The notes beneath the pieces are model-generated. The model searched no databases. It saw nothing but the letters and a program-made list of their open reading frames with translations, and was not told the origin of the DNA. Below, piece by piece: positions 59,187 to 64,000 of a stretch of 64,000 nt of DNA; the first letter of the stretch is position 1, and each line of letters begins with the position of its first letter. This DNA comes from Zootoca vivipara. Lineage: Eukaryota. The stretch covers positions 5,146,001 to 5,210,000 of the forward strand of contig NC_083282.1 of NCBI RefSeq assembly GCF_963506605.1, read 5' to 3'. The translations under genes and the position numbers were made by a program.

Positions 59187-60894
59187 GAGACCTCCGGTCT
59201 ACTGCGCTGGAGTGAGGTCGCAAAAGCCTCGAGCTCCGAGGCTTCTGGCATTCGCGGAGGGGGGGAATACCGCGGGGGCACGTGGCTCCCCATAGAACCC
59301 CGGGTTGAGCTTCCCGGGGGCAAAATTTGCCCAGCAGAGCTCCTGACGCGACTCCTCCGCTGCCCGGGAAGCTCGGCAGAGCCCCCGAGAGTCAGCAGAG
59401 TCGCAGTCGCGGGAGCCATTTTGGGCACCAGCTTTACCTCCAGAAGCGACGTCCCGAGCCTTCACCCAGAGTGTGGTGGATTCCTTCCGCAAAAAGCAAC
59501 GATCAGAAAAAAACAACAACAATTCAGCGTGAGTAAAAAAGTTTGATTGGCAATATTCCTTTAAAATTTGGACACGGTGGGTGACTACAAAAACGGAAGT
59601 CGGTCTCCCACTTTGATTGTTTTGTGAAGCAGTAATTTGATCCTCAGCAGGGGAAGAGAGAGGAAGTAACCAATTTACCAAGAATCAGACTTTCAAAACC
59701 CTCCAGGAGACTGGAACTAGGTCCCTGGAGAGATCAGTGAATGGATTGATATTTTGCTGTTATTAAGAAAAAGACTTGACAATTGATACTCGGATTTATG
59801 GATTAGCCAGGACTGGACTTAAAATGGACTCCATTTGGGAATTTGACACCTGTCACATCCGGTTTTATTATCTGCTGCTTTCCCACGGGATTTGAGAGCA
59901 AGGACGATGGCAGTCTCAACATCAGTACAGGACTTACAATATCAAAAGATTTATTTGGAACTTTTACACATCAAGGGACAGCTGGTCAAGAACAATGAAC
60001 AATTCCGACAAATCAACAACAGACTTGAGGACACGAAGGGAGATATGGACAAGGACTCTGGAAGAGAACTGACCCGCTTAGACGACACAGAGGACGAAAT
60101 AAAAACGATAGACATTAATGATAATTTAGAAGAACTTCAAAATTGCAAAGGAGAGAGGGAAGAAGATTGTCAAAATGCCCCACAAGTGGGAGATGTGGGA
60201 CAAGTTTTGGACTTAAAAAAAGAACTCTCCAACGGAGAACCAGGGGGGGTCTCTGCACACCCAGTGAGAGAGGGTGTGCAGGGAAGGCTCTGGGTTGAGG
60301 GGAAGGAAGAAGGGGGGGTGTTGGGAAACAGCAAGGAAAGTGTGGAAACAGCAGAGTGGGATAAAATGTTTTAATCATGTGGTTTTAGGCTGGCTTGATT
60401 GGAAAAGTCCGACACTGGTACGAAATGTGGAATTTGCTGAGGTATCTAGGGAATCTGGGTCCAGGGGAAGGGGGGGAAATGAAGTATTAAAATATAGTTT
60501 CATTGTTGGTAAAAAATTTAAGTTGGGGAGATATATTAGAATATAAGTATTTAAAAATTGAGTGTATAGAGATAATTAAATGGTGACAATTAATGAGGAA
60601 AGGTTAAGTAATTAAAATTATTTGGTATATAGGTGAAAACTGCTTTATGAGGAAATAAATTGGGAAATCAATGAGGGGGGAACCGGGGAAGTCTCATAGT
60701 TATGGAAATGATATAAGATGATTAGATCTATTTTCCCCCCCTTTTTATATTTTTCTTTCTTTTTTTCTTTTTTTTGGGGGGGGGTAGGGGGGTTCTTTTT
60801 TCCTTTTCTTTTTTAGTGTGCTCCTTTTTGAATTTGTATTTTGTGTTATCTCTTTTTATGTGCAAAATGAATAAAGATTATTTTTTTTAAAAAA
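59187..60894 (+). mobile_element. 1.7-kb non-autonomous L1-like retroelement
   Basis: 16-bp TSD ggaaagtgtggggcaa; CpG-rich 5' end; ORF1-like coiled-coil frame; AATAAA and A-rich tail. Confidence 0.75.
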
Positions 60895-60984
60895 GGAAAG
60901 TGTGGGGCAAAAGGCAAGTGTAGTGCAAGAGGGATTCTGGAAAAACTTAACTTTGGGTCCCTGTTCTGTTCAGCTTGGGGAGAG

Positions 60985-61421
60985 AAGTCAGGGGGCAACC
61001 AAAATGGTCAAAGGCCTGGAAACGATGCCTTATGAGGAACGACTTAGGGAGCTGGGCATGTTTAGCCAAGAGAAGGTTAAGGGGTGATATGATAGCCATG
61101 TTCAAATATATGAAAGGATGTCATATAGAGGAGGGAGAAAGGTTGTTTTCTGCTGCTCCAGAGAAGCAGACACGGAGCAATGGATTCAAGCTACAAGAAA
61201 GAAGATTCCACCTAAACATTAGGAAGAACTTCCTGACAGTAAGAGCTGTTCGACAGTGGAATTTGCTACCAAGGAGTGTGGTGGAGTCTCCTTCTTTGGA
61301 GGTCTTTAAGCAGAGGCTTGACAGCCATCTGTCAGGAATGCTTTGATGGTGTTTCCTGCTTGGCAGGGGGTTGGACTGGATGGCCCTTGTGGTCTCTTCC
61401 AACTCTATGATTCTATTATTC
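60985..61421 (+). mobile_element. CR1 LINE 3' fragment
   Basis: [22 protein letters not shown]; [18 protein letters not shown]; CR1 tail. Confidence 0.9.
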
Positions 61422-61679
61422 TAAGTCAAGGTTTGGTAATTGGGAAGGTGCCTGGCTTTCATGTCTGGCGCTCCTTTAAGATAAGCTTTTCTCCTCTTAA
61501 TTGCCTTGGATCTGGGAAGGTAGGGAGTGACCCACACTCCTCGGATGGTTGTTAATCAGCCATGGCCCAGCTGCAGTGATTAGTTGACAAGTGATTTATG
61601 GTTTTGGTCTTTAATCATTGGTCCCCTGGCAGGGTCAAGGGAATTCTGATTGGATAATTGCCAGAGTCCCACGAGGGAG

Positions 61680-62450
61680 AATTAGTATAACTAGTTGGCA
61701 TCTCAGATGCTGAGAAGAGTCCGGACCATATTCCTGATAATTCCTTCTCTCGTACCTCCTTCTATCCTTTAGGCATTGGACTCGCTAGCAAGCGTGACTC
61801 CACCCCGCTCGGCGGGGGGGGGGGTCATATCAGGTTAACACCCCAAGGGAGGAGCCTGTTGATGCAAATACAACTGAAAGCTCACCCTGGTGCCACCGGG
61901 GTCGTGCCATGGCCCTAGCCACCAGCAGGGCGTCGGACGGGATCCACGACCGCCGGATCCCTTAAGGGGATACCCCTATAAGAGGAGGATTGGATGATGG
62001 CCACAACCAGTCCTCGAACACACCAGACAACTCCATATTCCAATGCCTACCGCCAAATACTGAAGAAGTTGTGACGAATTGCTATGTGGTAGGCGAAAAA
62101 ACCAAGAGGCCAATTAGATTAAAAATTCCTACCAGGCCCCTTGGGCAACCAAAGGCGACCAACCGAAGTCCATAGCAAGGTCAAAGCGATCACCCTAAGG
62201 GAAGACCTAAAGGGAGGGTGGGCGGGGAGATCCGACGAGGAGCAGCGCGAAAAGGGGTGATCAGGAGGCTGCCGCGCTCTTTTGAAACAGGTAACCCTGC
62301 CCACAGCTGGCCCTATTGGCCAGCCAGGGCCCTGAGCGCGGCAGATATAGGTGGAGCAGGGGGCCAAACACGCCCCCCTGCTCTGTGCGTAGAGCGGGTC
62401 CCGCCCGCAAATTCCCCCCTCTCTGAAGAGGAGGGATCTTGCCAAAAGAT
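61680..62450 (-). mobile_element. GC-rich retroelement terminal region, possibly DIRS-like
   Basis: CCAAT and TATA-like motifs, cccgcccaccctccc and gttgtggcc on - strand resemble DIRS terminal repeats as I recall them; no coding remnant. Confidence 0.35.
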
Positions 62451-63357
62451 AATAGGCCCCTCTGGATTCTCTAAGTCTGCTGGAAGTGGGGGATTACAGA
62501 GGGCCTCTTATCGCTACAGCAAGTGTGGATAAATCCCCAATTCCATGCACACACACACCTCAGTTTTCTCACACACACCCCACAACACTCCATACCCAGC
62601 TCAGTTCTCGTTGGTCTACTTTTGGCAGAAGTTCCCTTGAACCCCCACCTCACCCCCCACCCCGGAAAAAAAAAGATCTGTGTACTCTTGCAAACCTTGT
62701 GCATGTTCACAAACCCAAGTCTGATTATCTTTGCCTCTTGCCTGCTGTTTTGACTACCTAAGGACTGGGGCTCAGAGGCTTGAGATCATCACTATCAGCA
62801 ATGATGGAACTGTGGCAGAGCTCTCCTTTAAGGCACTAGCATCCCCTGGTGTACATTTGTGTAGCATCTCTGCCGAACCCATACACAAATTCAGCCAATT
62901 TGTGGTACAGCAGAAAAAGGGAAGATCTACTGCAAAATCAGAACTGCTTGCAAAATCTTCCAACCTTCCCATACTACTTTGAGGGTGGGTAAGTAAGTGT
63001 GCTGTTTTGAATACTGCCTTCAGATATTGCATTGGCAAAGAGGAGCTCAATCTATTAGCGGCTCAGGCCAAGCTCTCACAAACAGCAGCCGAGGAGGCAA
63101 ACATGTTTCTGGGCTGCACCACTTTAGATTGTAGGTGGGATTCCCGAGGTTGAGTGCTGCTACAGACAAAATATATAGACAGATATCAATCCTGTACATA
63201 GAAAACATTTATCAGGGGAAACTGAGGCTGCATTCAGACCTGGGGTTTATAAAGCTAGTGCTTCTGCCTCAAATTATAATGCTCTTTTTACACTCTAATA
63301 TCTTGTTGCGTTATGGAACTGTGGCTTTTTGATCAATATACCAGAATTGTACCTAGG

Positions 63358-63706
63358 GGACCCAGGTGGCGCTGTGGTTAAACCACTGAGCCTAGGGCTT
63401 GCTGATCAGAAGGTTGGCGGTTTGAATCCCTGTGACGGGGTGAGCTTCTGTTGCTCGGTCCCAGCTCCTGCCAACCTAGCAGTTCGAAAGCACGTCAAAG
63501 TGCAAGTAGATAAATAGGAACCGCTACAGTGGGAAGGTAAACGGCGTTTCCATGTGCTGCTCTGGTTTGCCAGAAGCGGCTTTGTCATGCTGGCCACATG
63601 ACCTGGAAGCTGTACGCCGGCTCCCTCGGCCAGTAAAGCGAGATGAGTGCTGCAACCCCACAGTCGCCTGCGACTGGACCTAACTGTCAGGGGTCCCTTT
63701 ACCTTT
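63358..63706 (+). mobile_element. Sauria SINE, full length
   Basis: Family head and ACCTTT tail. Confidence 0.92.
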
Positions 63707-64000
63707 ACCTATGCAGCTTACAAACGTGTATTCTTAAGCTTTTGTGCACTACAAAAGGCACATTTCCTTTTATTATTCACCTGCTGTATTTTGTTTTCTA
63801 TTCTGTGAGATTTTTTTTAAGTGTTCTTGTTTGGCTGACTTTGCAAGATAATAGTTCCAGAATGTGATAAGATAAGCTGCTAGTAGCACATTTGCAAAGC
63901 TAAGCGGGGGTATGGTATTGTTTCAAACTGGATGGGGAGCTGTGTGTTGAGATTCCTGCAATGGACTAGATGACCCCTGGGGTTCCCTTGAATTCTATTA

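Noticed and set aside
21248-63706. tRNA genes suggested by B-box ggttcgaatcc motifs
   Set aside because: All are SINE heads, not complete cloverleafs

Overview
Squamate genomic DNA, most likely a lacertid lizard (inferred from Sauria/Squam1 SINEs, a Squam3-like SINE, Bov-B and CR1 LINEs). Two protein-coding genes lie tail-to-tail. KIAA0040 (+, single coding exon 471-776, 101 aa) is a small membrane protein. Tenascin-N/tenascin-W (TNN, -) has 14 coding exons from 38556 to 6784, all with GT-AG boundaries and compatible phases, giving a 943-aa protein: signal peptide, heptads, 3.5 EGF repeats, only 5 FNIII domains and a fibrinogen globe. A probable non-coding TNN exon 1 lies near 50131-50240. 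The rest is densely packed with transposons: Bov-B, CR1, L2, Rex-Babar, RTE, a 1.7-kb non-autonomous L1-like element, Gypsy LTRs, hAT and Tc1/mariner MITEs, and Penelope remnants with hammerhead-ribozyme motifs. There is a 152-N gap at 30650-30801. The most notable structures are: a 78-bp duplication of a TNN exon 3' end plus its splice donor, flanking an 858-bp insert; inverted Bov-B copies bracketing one symmetric FNIII exon (skipping/circRNA potential); and an inverted duplication of about 500 bp that brackets the putative TNN promoter. No prokaryote-type system (CRISPR etc.) is present, and I found no clearly novel gene system.
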